Origin: Octopus bimaculoides | Taxonomy: Eukaryota | Reading direction: 5' to 3' | Assembly (NCBI RefSeq): GCF_001194135.2 | Contig: NC_068981.1 | Coordinates: 55,942,127 to 56,006,126, forward strand | Length of the DNA: 64,000 bases | In this document: positions 49,829 through 62,940 of the stretch, piece by piece | How positions within the stretch are numbered: the first letter of the stretch is position 1 | Layout of the letters: each line of letters begins with the position of its first letter | Notes under the pieces: generated by a model | Seen by the model: the letters and a program-made list of their open reading frames with translations, nothing else | What the model was told of the DNA's origin: nothing | Databases searched by the model: none | Made by a program: the position numbers and the translations under genes

Positions 49829-52800
49829 AAACACTGCTATCCTCTAAACCAATGTCTTTATTTTCAATTTTTTAAAAATAGTTTTCTCAAGGAGCATCCC
49901 TCTTAATAAACATCAAAGTGTTTACCTTTTTGTATCCCAATCTCTGTGCTAGCCTCAAATTTATCCTCAACTCAACCATTCCTCTTAATTAATTAACACA
50001 ATAATATTTTGACCTTGAAGAAGTAAAGTGACAAAGGTTTGGGTGATATGAAGCAATAAACAATTTTGATTTGTCTTCACAATACATACACAAATATTCT
50101 TGATTCAATTTAGTTTTTCAGCTTCTTCGGGAAAATCCCCCCCACAAAANNNNNNNNNNNNNNNNNNNNNNNNNNNNNNNNNNNNNNNNNNNNNNNNNNN
50201 NNNNNNNNNNNNNNNNNNNNNNNNNNNNNNNNNNNNNNNNNNNNNNNNNNNNNNNNNNNNNNNNNNNNNNNNNNNNNNNNNNNNNNNNNNNNNNNNNNNN
50301 NNNNNNNNNNNNNNNNNNNNNNNNNNNNNNNNNNNNNNNNNNNNNNNNNNNNNNNNNNNNNNNNNNNNNNNNNNNNNNNNNNNNNNNNNNNNNNNNNNNN
50401 NNNNNNNNNNNNNNNNNNNNNNNNNNNNNNNNNNNNNNNNNNNNNNNNNNNNNNNNNNNNNNNNNNNNNNNNNNNNNNNNNNNNNNNNNNNNNNNNNNNN
50501 NNNNNNNNNNNNNNNNNNNNNNNNNNNNNNNNNNNNNNNNNNNNNNNNNNNNNNNNNNNNNNNNNNNNNNNNNNNNNNNNNNNNNNNNNNNNNNNNNNNN
50601 NNNNNNNNNNNNNNNNNNNNNNNNNNNNNNNNNNNNNNNNNNNNNNNNNNNNNNNNNNNNNNNNNNNNNNNNNNNNNNNNNNNNNNNNNNNNNNNNNNNN
50701 NNNNNNNNNNNTTTTATTCAGCTATCAATATGGGGGATATTTTGTTCTCTGCCCCGCTCTCTCTCTCCCTCTCCCTCTTTGTTTTCTTTTTTCTTTTTTT
50801 TTTAAAGCTTTTGTATCCAATGTGAAAGGGACAAATTGGTTTTATTTGTTTTTCTTGGATTCAACTCACCTTTTCAACTTGAAAGGAAGTCAGTATGTAT
50901 TAGCTTGTGACTACTGCAATTGTCAGCCACCTGGCCTGCAATACAATATGTTTGCCTCTTGTTGCTTACGACTATTCCCTCTGTGTGCTTAGCATTGCTC
51001 TTATTAAACCTGTGTAACCCTTTTTTTTTTCACCCCTTTGTTTTTAAGTAACTTGTATATAATGCATACTCCTGCACATCACTCTAATTTTAAATTAGTG
51101 GTGAGGAGATCTAATATCGATATTAAACTACAAAAAGTGAAAGAAGGAACTTTTTAAGTCAACAATATCATATTAAAAAATCAAAAAAAGATTGCTTTTC
51201 TTTTCAAGCCTTAATTTTCACAATAATTCTATGTGTTCTCTTTTATTTTGTTTATCTTGGGTTGTTACTGCCTTCTATTTGTTGGTTTGCAGACAATCAC
51301 CGTTTCATGGTTTGCAAAAGAAATGTATATGACTGGATATGTATGTATGTGTGAATGAAACTCTCATAAGCCCCATCCCAGCCCAATCTCCATTTGAAAT
51401 ATGTACAGACACATTCATATTTAGTTTGCTTGTCCATTTTTATGTCAGCATACCATCCACAACTATTGGCCATTTATCTGTGCCTTGATCTGTCAAACCA
51501 TATTATTATCACCACCTGTCTTATTATTTTCTTCCCAAATAAATTGGAGCTATTTCATGTCCCCTTTGGAATATTATTTGAAAAAAAATGTGAAATTAGT
51601 TTTGAGATCCTATATTTGTGCTGTGGGAGGTGAAAAAAAAATGAAAAAAAAAAATGTTATGTTGGTTGCAAGGGAATGTTAATATAAAATTTGTGCATTC
51701 AAATATATTGTTCAGAATTGGTGTTTTTGAAGCTCTTACACAATTTCAATAAATTATATCTTCAATTAAAACCAACTTTTCACATGGACATACATACATC
51801 CGTGAAAAGAATGCACTAAAGAATAAAAGCTTCAACTCCAATTTTGACGTAAAAACACTGTTCCTTATAAAAACAGTACTGAATTTTCAGCTGGTAACTT
51901 TAATATTCAATAATGTCTCATCAATATTTTGCTTGCCATCAACAACCACTGCTGCTGCCAACAACAAATGCTGACAGGTACTGTAAAAATCAGAATATTA
52001 TTTGCACAAACTTTTAAGTTTCACTATTTCACGCTAACTGGTGCCATACGTTCTATGGTATCATTAAGTGAGGGAACAAGATATCACACTTCGCTTGCAC
52101 CCAGTGGTCAATATTGTCCTCATAAATTGTTTCCTTAAAATTTAGCTATTCTACTAAAAAATAGAACAAAAGTGTGCATGCATGCACCACATGCCTATGC
52201 ACTTCTTGTGTGATTCTGGAAAGGCATGAAATGTTTTTTCAATTTTACACCTCAGTACATCATAGAGAATATTAAACTTGAGTGAGCAGTATTTTACATA
52301 TGCCTTCATCTACCAAACTACATATTGCAACTAGAAATATTCAACTATAATAAGTTGAAATAGGGTGTAGTGAAATAATGTGAATTCTGTGTTTATCATT
52401 GCTGATATTTAAGGACCGAATATTATGTTAGATTTTCTAGACTGGCGACATTTTTCGTTTTTCTACAATTATTTTTTAAACTTTTGTCCTGTGCATTCAT
52501 TAAGAAGCAGATAGATACATAGCAGCTTCTAGTAAAAGAAGACAAAATGGTTCTGATAATTTATATATTTCCAAAACGGTTTAGCAAAATTAATTTGACT
52601 TGAAATGTATTCATTCTTTAAACTTTTACTTTAATGGATGCAGGGGGAAGATTTACCTATAATTTTTATTTTTATTTTTTTTAAGCGGGGGAAAAAACTT
52701 TGCTTGGTGAATATCTAAAATTGTCTTCCAGGTTAAGAAAAGGGGACTTTGTTTGATATGTATCAAAACTGCTGATGTATTTTATGTTNNNNNNNNNNNN

Positions 52801-55800
52801 NNNNNNNNNNNNNNNNNNNNNNNNNNNNNNNNNNNNNNNNNNNNNNNNNNNNNNNNNNNNNNNNNNNNNNNNTGGTATCAATGGTTTAAAAATTGATTTG
52901 AAAATTTTTATACAATTTTCTTCTTTTCTGTTTTAGTTTGCGGTGTCTTATTCAACCAACAATTTTCAAATTTGTTGGACAATGTTTTTCCCTTTTTCTT
53001 TTTAAAGAAAATTTTTATAACATTAAAATTTTGAAAAGAATTTTCAAAACTGATTCTTTTTTACTTCCTTAGATTACCCAAACATGATACGGCATATCCC
53101 TAGGTTCTATATAACGCTAAAAATGCACAAACTTTTGAGACTTATTCCTTCATTAGTTAGGTTTTTTTTTTTTTAAGACAGACCTGTTCATTCACTGTTC
53201 CAGTATCATGGAGACAGAATTTCTATTCTATTCTCACTGTCCTAGTACATTTAAGATGGATCTTTTCTTGTTCCCTCTATATATATGACTTTAAGATATG
53301 TTGTATTCTTAATGTCTTGGTTCATTCGTGACACTTATTTGAAAGTGCATTAACAAATGGATCGATTGGTACCATAATTCTTCACATCTGCTATTCTCTA
53401 AGATAGCTCTTTTGCTGAACTGTTGTTACTGTCATATGTTTAAGACTAACCTGTTTCTTTCATTCAGTGTACCATGGATTTTGAGATAATCTACTACTGC
53501 AGTCTCACTGTCTTAATTTGTTTGATACTGAACCCTATTAATATTGTACTTTTAGTGCTCCCAGTTTTATTGACAGTCCAATTGTTAATACCTGCAGTTT
53601 ATCTGAGGCACTTAATCCATTTCCCTGTCTCAATGTATTTAGAACTGTACTTAATCTAATATCTTAACATACTTGATGCAGTATATATTATTAATCAATG
53701 CCACAGTATTTAAGAGAGCTTGTCTTATTTTTAACCATTATTAAAATGATACTTACCTAAACAGATATATTTTATTGTGCCAGCTCTACTCTAAAACACT
53801 TGAGTCAGTCCTGTATTCTGTCATCAATGACTTAGTGTAGTCAAGATACTGAATATCATACTTTAAACACCCCAATACATTTAACCTATAGCTATTGTTA
53901 TAGGCCCAATAGCTTTATGTTTTAAAAACTATTGTTCTTACATCCCTAATAATGATTTATTTGGTACAGGTTTTTGTCCCAAGGCATTAAAAACAATGAT
54001 TTTTTTGTGTTTTCAATGTCTTAAGCATTTATGATAAACCTTTTTCTATTTTCCAATGCTCTAGCCCTATTTATTGCTCTTGTTTTATTATATTGTCAAT
54101 GGCCCACCCACAGTCTATGGAGCAAAGTGTTTATTGACCCTGCAATGTCCGTATTTTTGAAATGGTCCTGGTGTTTCAATAAACCTATGGAATGTTTATG
54201 CTTTTGCGCCCTCAATCCCCCTCTGTGTTGATGACAATATATTAAAGTTTTTGAATTGCATGATGGATAAAATCATAGTGATCAGTATATAAATTCAAGA
54301 AAAAAAAACTTCAATGAAATTTTGTGTGGACATAAGTGTGTTTTTTAAAAAATACTTTTTGGTCAAGGTTTTTTTTTTATATAAGGAAGAAAATCTAAAC
54401 TTGCAAACTTCATGTTCAAGTATTGTTTACTGTAAATATATATTCTGTAAATCCTTTTGATAGACAGTAAAATTCTTAGATCAATTTTGAATTCAACATG
54501 CCCTTCAGATATTTATAAATGTAGCATATGAATAAGGGTACAAATTGCCTTGATCAGCTGAAAGATATTCCTGCAAACCAAAATTGTATGGATGATATCA
54601 ACATATACTGATCCAAAGAAGGCAAGCATGGATCTACAAAATGTACAGTTACAAGTTATGGCAGTCTTGAATAAATGTAACTTCTGATTCAGATAAACAG
54701 GTAAAAGTGATTGCATATTATAATAATTAAGAAATAAAGTACAAAGCAAGTAAACTGTAGTTGAAATAACTTGTAAAAGATTTTCCTCTAATCTTTTAAT
54801 GTTGCCATAGTTTAATATTACAACATATATAATTTTCTTCAAATTTTATAGAAATTGAAAGCATGTAAAATGCTTTAGCTTCTACTAACTATTACATATA
54901 GCAATTATTTTCAGATATAGATGTACTGAACTTTCACAATTACAATTTACTCTCTCTTCCTCTTTCTCAGTTTTTGTTTCTGAAATTGAACCAGGTATTC
55001 TTTTGTCTGATAACTAATATTTAAAGGGATTATTTTTTTCCCTAATTAAATTAGAACATTTGACAATTTTTGTGGCAAAGTATGTTTTGATTTAATTCAA
55101 AAATATATACATTTAATACATATAGTTTCATACAAAGTTTATTTAAAATTAATTTTCATCTTTTAAGACTTCTATGAGGTTTTAACTCTCCCTCTCTCCT
55201 CCCACCTGTGTACACAAATAAATTTCAACACTGATATACATATTATAAAAAGGATGCAAATGGGTAAACCTGTAAAAATGAAGTAATATTTTTAAAATAT
55301 AGACCTATTGTTCATTTTTTTTCTTCTTTTAAGTTCTTTTAGTTATTTTCCTGAAAACTAAGATTTTACATTACACACACACATATAATGTATATATCAG
55401 TATGTATAAAATGATGTAACTTACCTTTTTCTTTTTTTAACTGACCATCAAGACCAGATTGTATTTGTAAAAACAAATTTGTCCACTCCTGATGACCTGT
55501 ATTCCCATCATGCATCACTATTCTAAAAGATTTAATCTCTAATGCATACTTTCCCTTCACTTCTTTCCTTATCATATTCCATTTGTCAGCCACAATTCCA
55601 TCAAAATGTTTATGCCACACTTTAAGTTTCTGAACTTCTCCCATTCACTTCACACCACCACAAGCCCTGTCATTGCCACAGCTATATCCACAAGCAGAAG
55701 ACACTTGGACATCTTTCAGGGAATATGTCGGGTATTTCAAAATTCTAACAACTTTTATATATAAAAAAATAAAAAATTGAAATAAAAAGAAATGTCAATT
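49829..55800 (+). other. Candidate long 3' UTR of the PKC gene (end uncertain)
   Basis: Follows the stop codon; AT/U-rich, CpG-poor, no interspersed repeat I recognise. Several AATAAA (about 49886, 50055, 51748, 54177, 55217, 55768, 55781). Confidence 0.4.
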
Positions 55801-57920
55801 TTTTTTAATTGTAATAAATACTTGAAAAAATTTACCATATGTTATTTTTCACTGCTTTATAAATACGTTATATTTGGTTTAAGATGTGTTGGATCTTTCT
55901 GATTTGGCGAGCGCCACTTGTTTTCTGTCAAATCAGAATGATCCGATGTGTTTCACTATCAGAAAATTTGAAGTCTCACACTTGTTAGAGAGTTGAGAAA
56001 TTTACGTATAAAACTAGAGTAATACATCTCGATTTCAGGGAAAAGCTATAATAATACATACCAACTTCAGGGAAAAGTTGGCCATGAACTTCATTACGTT
56101 CATGTAAATATGTACTCTGAGATCAGTACACATTACCCTATTGACAGTGGTAACACAGTATAATTAACGAATGTTCGTTAGCGTGCTGTAAATTAGTTTA
56201 TGTGAGCCTCTGCATCCTGCAGTAGGAAACATCTCCAATCTCTTGGACTGACATCAGTGTTTACACTGTCACTCTGGTTAGTCAGCATGTGGCAGCTGTT
56301 GTCTAGGACAGGAGACCCCTCCTCCCTTCCAACCAACGAGTCGTGGTTCGTTTATACTAGACTGCACAAAGAAGAATAAATTTTATATCTTATTTCCATT
56401 TTATTGACTCTCGCAGACTAAGGTACTTCTACATAATATATAATCTAAATATTACATATATAATGGATATTTACTAATTAAATTATATATTATGCCCTTT
56501 TTTGTTTTTTGTTACGTGCATGATTCTCCGATCAATGGGAAAATTGTCTTGAATGAAAACCAGTCTGTGGTACAAAAAATGGTTGAAGATCGCTAATCTA
56601 GAGTATATCGAAGTTACTGTCCATTCCAAAAGTTTAAATTGACATGATATATTTCTTTCTTATAAACAGAAATATTTTGCCTTTCATCTTTTCAGAGTTG
56701 ATAAAATAAGTATCAGTTGAGCACTGAGGTCGATGTAATCGACTTGGCCTTGTGACAAAATTTGAAACCAATATTACGTGTTCAGCGCTCGGATATGCTG
56801 GAGCCATTGAAGAGTTGATATTAGTATTACAAGGAATTAATTTTACAAACATGAAATGAAAAGTTTAATGTAACAGACTATATGAAATAATCTAACAATT
56901 ATGTCAGATGTAGAGGGTATCTAATTTTAATTTTATTTAATTTTTTTACTTGCGAAGATATTTGTTAATTTGCAGAGCAACTCGATACTTAAGATAAATT
57001 TTGTTTCAAGGGAATTAACTCCAAAATGACACGTGCGAGAAATAGCGTTACAACTTACTGAACAGTTTGATTGTATCATTACTGAATACAAAATGCACGA
57101 AAGAACAGTGATTGGTCATACCTACAGATTTTTTTCATATTTCCTACAAATTTGTCTCTTGTCAGAAAGGGTCAGAAAGTTAACAAAAAATATCTTTCTG
57201 AAACAAAACTTCAGAATTATGACATTATATGTACCAGTTTGAGACAGAAAAGAGCAACATGCCCACCGATAGAAAGGCTGGTAATATTTTGCGTAAAAGG
57301 TACGCTTACCAGTGAACCTCTTCAATCTGAAATTAGTGTCTATTTTCTAAAACAAAACTAACTTGTATAGCGAAACCCAGCAAGTCTTCTGCAACACTTT
57401 TTCTGTCTAAGAAACACGAACGTCAATTTTTTTTATTGTTCTTCAAGTAAGGGAGACCAATTTTTATTAATAATGATTTGTAAAATATTTTCTGATTAAA
57501 ACTAGTTATTTTGGGGGTTTGCTCGTTAATCAAGGTAGACAACCCAAATGTAATTCTTGATAACTAAGCAATCACTGTCTATGCTGATTTGATTAAATGT
57601 GAAAGGGAAGTAGAGAAATTAACAAGTGCTTTATGTGATGCAGGAATGTATCTACTGAACTAACCGGCCAATGGAAGGTTACTTGATAACTTATATAGGT
57701 ATTACTTTTGGCATATAATTACAAATTTATTTACTACTGTATTTTCTTAGTTTTCATGACTGGAATTTGTGATACACTATCTTATTTGAAACAAATGAAG
57801 AACTGCAGATTTTTTAAAACGATGAGAAAAGTTTTAAATGCAACAAACTTGGAAATGAACATTACGTTTGATACTAAACTGATATTCTACAGTATGCAAC
57901 ACAAGCAGATAAAGTAATGG

Positions 57921-58008
57921 GTGGAAAATGTACAAATTGACAGTGAAAAAGAGGTGGAAAATGTACAAATTGACAGTGAAAAAGAGGTGGAAAATGTACA
58001 AATTGACA
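57921..58008. repeat. 33-bp tandem repeat, 2.7 copies
   Basis: GTGGAAAATGTACAAATTGACAGTGAAAAAGAG twice plus a partial third copy. Confidence 0.95.
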
Positions 58009-58295
58009 CTTGACCTACAATAATTGTTTAGTTCAGACTCTAAGTTCAAACGTTCAGAAATAATCTACGTTATTAATGTCAGCACAATGGTTAGGACAAG
58101 CAAAAGACAATAAGATGGCAAAAGTTTCTTAAGTAAATAAAAAAAAGAACATTGTGAGCAATTCCTTTTAAAGCCCAGCCTGTTATGGTGATGATAGAAC
58201 TTATGTTTTAACACTACACGTAGAGATACCGTGTACGACCTTTAGCCCTAAGTAACTAAGGTCCGTAACTCATACTGACTGCACCGAACCACTGG

Positions 58296-58655
58296 CAGAA
58301 TAATCCTTTCTACCGGGAGCACAAGGTCTCAAATTTGGGGGAAGGGATTAAGTCGATTATATCGATCCCAGCGCGTAACTGGTACTTAATTTATCGACCC
58401 CGAAAGGATGAAAAGCAAAGTCGACAACGGTGGCATCTAATCTCTGAACACGAAGACAGACGAAATACCGCTAAGCATTCCGTCTCGGCGTGCTAATGAT
58501 TCTGCCTGCTTGCCGCCTTAATAATAATAATAATGATAATCCTTTCTATTATAGGCACAATGCCTGGAAATTTGTGGGAGAGAACTAGTCGATCACATTG
58601 ACTCCGGTATTTCACTGGTACGTAATTTATTGACCCGGAAAGGCAAAGTCGACGC
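58296..58655 (-). mobile_element. Two adjacent SINE family B copies (58296-58518 and 58540-58655); another piece near 56690-56810
   Basis: Central block ctggtacttaatttatcgaccccgaaaggatgaaa.gcaaagtcgac; head at 58518. Confidence 0.82.
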
Positions 58656-58699
58656 GGAATTACAAAGACAAACATAAAGTGTGGGGGGTTTACATATAA

Positions 58700-60020
58700 T
58701 GAAATGATATAAAATAAATAAATTAATAAAATGAAATTTAAAAAAGCAATTGCAGTATGGAAGGTGTTTATAGAAATGAAAACGGAAATTGAGGAGTACA
58801 TCAAAAGGCTGAGGAAGCTAATAAACTCAAAGCGAAATGGTTCGAATCCTGTGAAAGCTGTGAATACTTGGGCAGTATCGTTACTTAGATACTCAGCAGC
58901 TTTTGTAGAGTGGAAAAATCTGAATTAGCAAATCTAGACAGAAGAACTAGGAAGGAATTTAATATGAATGGAGGATTTTACCCAATAGCAGGAGTAGCAA
59001 GATTATACTTACCTAGAAAGGAAGATGGAAGTGGGTTAATATCAGTAGAAGACTGCATGGAGTTAGCTATAGACGTAGCTTCCTATGCTGGTAATAGTGG
59101 AGAAAGTTTAAGAGCTGCTAGAGTCACAGTAGGACATAGGGAAACCAAAACACCAAATGAAGTTAAAAACCAGAAGAAACAGAAGAAAGATTATCTGACT
59201 GACAAGAGAAGGCTTTGTATGGTAGATTCTCAAAGGTACTTGCAGAAAATAGTAATAGTGAGACATGGTTATGGTTGCAGAAAGGAAGGCTGAAAAGAGA
59301 GACAGAAAAGTTGTTAGCAGCAGCACAAAATCAAGAATTGAAGGGCTAATTGGATAAAAGCCAAGATAGACAAATTGAGATAGATTCCCAATGTAGGTTA
59401 TGTAAATCAAAAGAGGAAACTGTTACTCATATAGTAAGTGAATGTGGCATGCAGGCACAGTTGTTGTTGGCACTCCGTCGCTTCCAGTTGATCCGATCAA
59501 CGGAACAGCCTGCTCATGAAATTAACGTGCAAGTGGCTGAGCACTCCACAGACACGTGTATCCTTAACGTAGTTCTCGGGGATATTCAGCGTGACAAGGC
59601 TGGCCCTTTGAAATACAAGTACAACAGAAACAGGAAGAAAGAGTGAGAGAAAGTTGTGGTGAAAGAGTACAGCAAGGTTCGCCAGCATCCCCTGCCGGAG
59701 CCTTGTGGAGCTTTAGGTGTTTTCGCTCAATAAACACTCACAACGCCCGGTCTGGGAATCGAAACCGCGAGTCCGCTGCCCTAACCACTGGGCCATTGCG
59801 TCTCCACTGCAGGCACAGTAAGAATACAAGGAAAGACTGACGAACTCTGAAGAGCAATCCATTGGGAGTTATGTAGAAAGCTAGGAATTGACCATACTGA
59901 TAAATGGTCGAACATGAACCTAGTAAAGTACTAGAAAGCATTTTTAATATTCAGACGTACAGATTTTTGAAGCTAGAAGGCCTGATTTAGTAGTTGTAGA
60001 TAAAGAGAATAGAAAGTGTT
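58700..60020 (+). mobile_element. R4/Dong-clade (RLE) non-LTR retrotransposon fragment
   Basis: NTWAVSLLRYS, LDRRTRK, ARLYLPRKEDGSGL, QCRLCKSKEETVTHIVSEC (CCHC), IHWELC, RRPDLVVVDK (RLE PD motif). Confidence 0.85.
59462..59807 (-). mobile_element. tRNA-headed SINE family D inserted in the R4/Dong element
   Basis: Minus-strand head TGGCCCAGTGGTTAG..GGTTTCGATTCC; (CAA)n tail; 12-bp TSD TGCAGGCACAGT (59450-61 and 59808-19). Confidence 0.88.
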
Positions 60021-60285
60021 GTACTTACGATTGCGAGATCATGATTTCGATTTCCAGAACGAGCGTTGCATTGTGTTCTTGAGCAAAACACTTAATTTCT
60101 CTATGATCATTTCGTCATCTGACGTGTGGCACGTCGTGCACCTGTACAAGTAATGTTAATTTGATGGAGAGAGCTCACGTGTACACAAATATTTGGTCGC
60201 TATAAACAAAATCATCTGTGTGGTTGTTCAGCAAGAAATTGCAGAAACCTCATATCTAGCCAAACGACGGAGGAATCCATTATAA

Positions 60286-60720
60286 TTATCATCATCATCA
60301 TCATCATTGCCTTTGCACAGATTCTAACGCTGGAGATGTACTACAGTGTCAGATGTTCACTACCAGTAAACTAAGGTAACATCTCTTATTCTTCGAGCAC
60401 TTTCCTGAGTATTTGGGCGGTTCCAAGCAGTGCTGTTTTCTGCAAGTGCTCCACCCTTATTGCAGCCCTTATTTGTTCATGTACTTCACGAAATTTTTGC
60501 TCACCGTTCCCAGGGCTCCGACAATTATTGGTACTACTGCTACCCTTTTCATCGACCATAACTGCTTAACTTCCCAAGCTAACCTATCATGTCTCTTGAC
60601 TTTTCTTTCTTCCTTATTGCATACCTTGTTGTCAGCGAATTTGATTACGATGGCATTTGAACACAACACGAATAACAAATATTTCACGATTCTGACAATA
60701 TCTTATATTATTTCCCAACT
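60286..60720 (-). mobile_element. R4/Dong 3' end (RLE C-terminus, 3' UTR, (ATG)n tail)
   Basis: KEERKVKRHDRLAWEVKQLWSMKRVAVVPIIVGALGTV; (TCA)n at 60290-60308. Confidence 0.8.
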
Positions 60721-60799
60721 GAAGATATATTGTAAGCTGCAATTAGATATTAGTTTTAAATGAGTTTTTCAATCCTGCCCACGTTTTACACTCGGTATT

Positions 60800-61080
60800 A
60801 CATATTGTATTGAGTCAAAAATTTTGCAATATTTTGGTAACTTATTTGCTTTATTTAAGTTACAACAAAAGCAATTTAGGATTCAAAATAGAGGCTGCCA
60901 TGTTGCATTGTCTGAAATCACCTTTCTGCCAGTTATTTGATCCCATGTTGATACTTGTTCTTGTCCTTTGAGGCGAAGAACTCTTTCACTAAAGCTTCTA
61001 CCTCCTCTTGATTGATGAAGCGTCGCGAGCACAGGAAGCGAACCATGGATCAGAACCAAGTAATGATCCGATGGAGATAT
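60800..61080 (-). mobile_element. Mariner transposase 3' remnant
   Basis: Minus strand SPSDHYL...RRFINQEEVEALVKEFFASKDKNKYQHGIK*LAER*. Confidence 0.75.
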
Positions 61081-62405
61081 TTTCCCGCAGTCCTAACGTG
61101 CATCAACAATGGTTAAATTTAAAGGAGTGAGTTAAACATTTAAAAAATAAAAGAAAAAGAAAATTTTGTATTGATTTTTATTTCATACTAGAAACATGAA
61201 TACTGTGACTACTTGTATACAGCACAGATATCATTTAAAAATGCAATAATGAGATTTTGCTCATTTGATCTTAAAATCGTCCAACAAATGAAATCTAAAT
61301 GAGATTCAAAGTTGGTGTAGATCACAGACTATAACATTTGAATTAATGTAGATCACAAGCTATACAGAAACATGTTTGTAGATCACATATTACACCGGCA
61401 CCGAAAGTTATGTGGAAAATTTTTTCCGAGGAGTTAGTGAGAGGACTTTCGGAAAATTCACATGATCCGATTTTTTCCTTCATAACTTTTAGGAAAACGG
61501 ATATCTTTTGATGAAATTATATAAATACCTTTCAAATGGCATAGATTACGATTATAAAGAAATTTGTAGGGAATTTTTTCCGAGGGGGCAGTCGGGGAGA
61601 GGACTTTTCTAAGAGAAAGAAATTCATAAATTATTTTTTTGGTTGAGTGTAATAGAAANNNNNNNNNNNNNNNNNNNNNNNNNNNNNNNNNNNNNNNNNN
61701 NNNNNNNNNNNNNNNNNNNNNNNNNNNNNNNNNNNNNNNNNNNNNNNNNNNNNNNNNNNNNNNNNNNNNNNNNNNNNNNNNNNNNNNNNNNNNNNNNNNN
61801 NNNNNNNNNNNNNNNNNNNNNNNNNNNNNNNNNNNNNNNNNNNNNNNNNNNNNNNNNNNNNNNNNNNNNNNNNNNNNNNNNNNNNNNNNNNNNNNNNNNN
61901 NNNNNNNNNNNNNNNNNNNNNNNNNNNNNNNNNNNNNNNNNNNNNNNNNNNNNNNNNNNNNNNNNNNNNNNNNNNNNNNNNNNNNNNNNNNNNNNNNNNN
62001 NNNNNNNNNNNNNNNNNNNNNNNNNNNNNNNNNNNNNNNNNNNNNNNNNNNNNNNNNNNNNNNNNNNNNNNNNNNNNNNNNNNNNNNNNNNNNNNNNNNN
62101 NNNNNNNNNNNNNNNNNNNNNNNNNNNNNNNNNNNNNNNNNNNNNNNNNNNNNNNNNNNNNNNNNNNNNNNNNNNNNNNNNNNNNNNNNNNNNNNNNNNN
62201 NNNNNNNNNNNNNNNNNNNNNNNNNNNNNNNNNNNNNNNNNNNNNNNNNNNNNNNNNNNNNNNNNNNNNNNNNNNNNNNNNNNNNNNNNNNNNNNNNNNN
62301 NNNNNNNNNNNNNNNNNNNNNNNNNNNNNNNNNNNNNNNNNNNNNNNNNNNNNNNNNNNNNNNNNNNNNNNNNNNNNNNNNNNNNNNNNNNNNNNNNNNN
62401 NNNNN

Positions 62406-62940
62406 CGGGCAATACTCCACAACGTGCTATATGTTTCTGGAACTTACCAGAAGCTTCGTTGTGGTTCCATTAATTCTTTTACAAATACATTTAAATTTGG
62501 ATAAACTATTTGCTTAGAATATGTGTATTTCAACGAAAAAAAAAAAGCATTTTCCAATAATTCCAGGAAGGGGGGGGCGATACCCACCCCACTTTTTTTC
62601 CAAACCAAAATAAGGTGTTTCCGGTATATTAGGAGGTCAGGATACTTGATTCCACGCGAAAAATCGGGTTTTTTTTTACTTAGTGAAGCGCGTGCGGATG
62701 TACCTGTACAAATTTACCGAAACAGGCTGACAATGTGAACAATGCTGAGTATAACCGAGAGTTACCCCCCCCCTCTCACTCTGAACGTTACTAGTATTTT
62801 CGGGCAATACTCCACAACGTGCTATATGTTTCTGGAACTTACCAGAAGCTTCGTTGTGGTTCCATTAATTCTTTTACAAATACATTTAAATTTGGATAAA
62901 CTATTTGCTTAGAATATGTGTATTTCAACGAAAAAAAAAA
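62406..62940. repeat. ~140-bp exact direct duplication (62406-62545 and 62800-62940) beside a gap
   Basis: Identical cgggcaatactcc...tttcaacgaaaaaaaaaa. Confidence 0.9.

Noticed and set aside
57921-58008. CRISPR-like 33-bp direct repeats
   Set aside because: Units are contiguous with no spacers, there are no cas genes, and the context is eukaryotic.
61458-62517. Long ORFs made mostly of X (also at 20228, 29296, 50100, 52681)
   Set aside because: Artefacts of N gaps at 20417-20474, 23465-23528, 29400-29661, 41213-41222, 50150-50711, 52789-52872 and 61659-62405.
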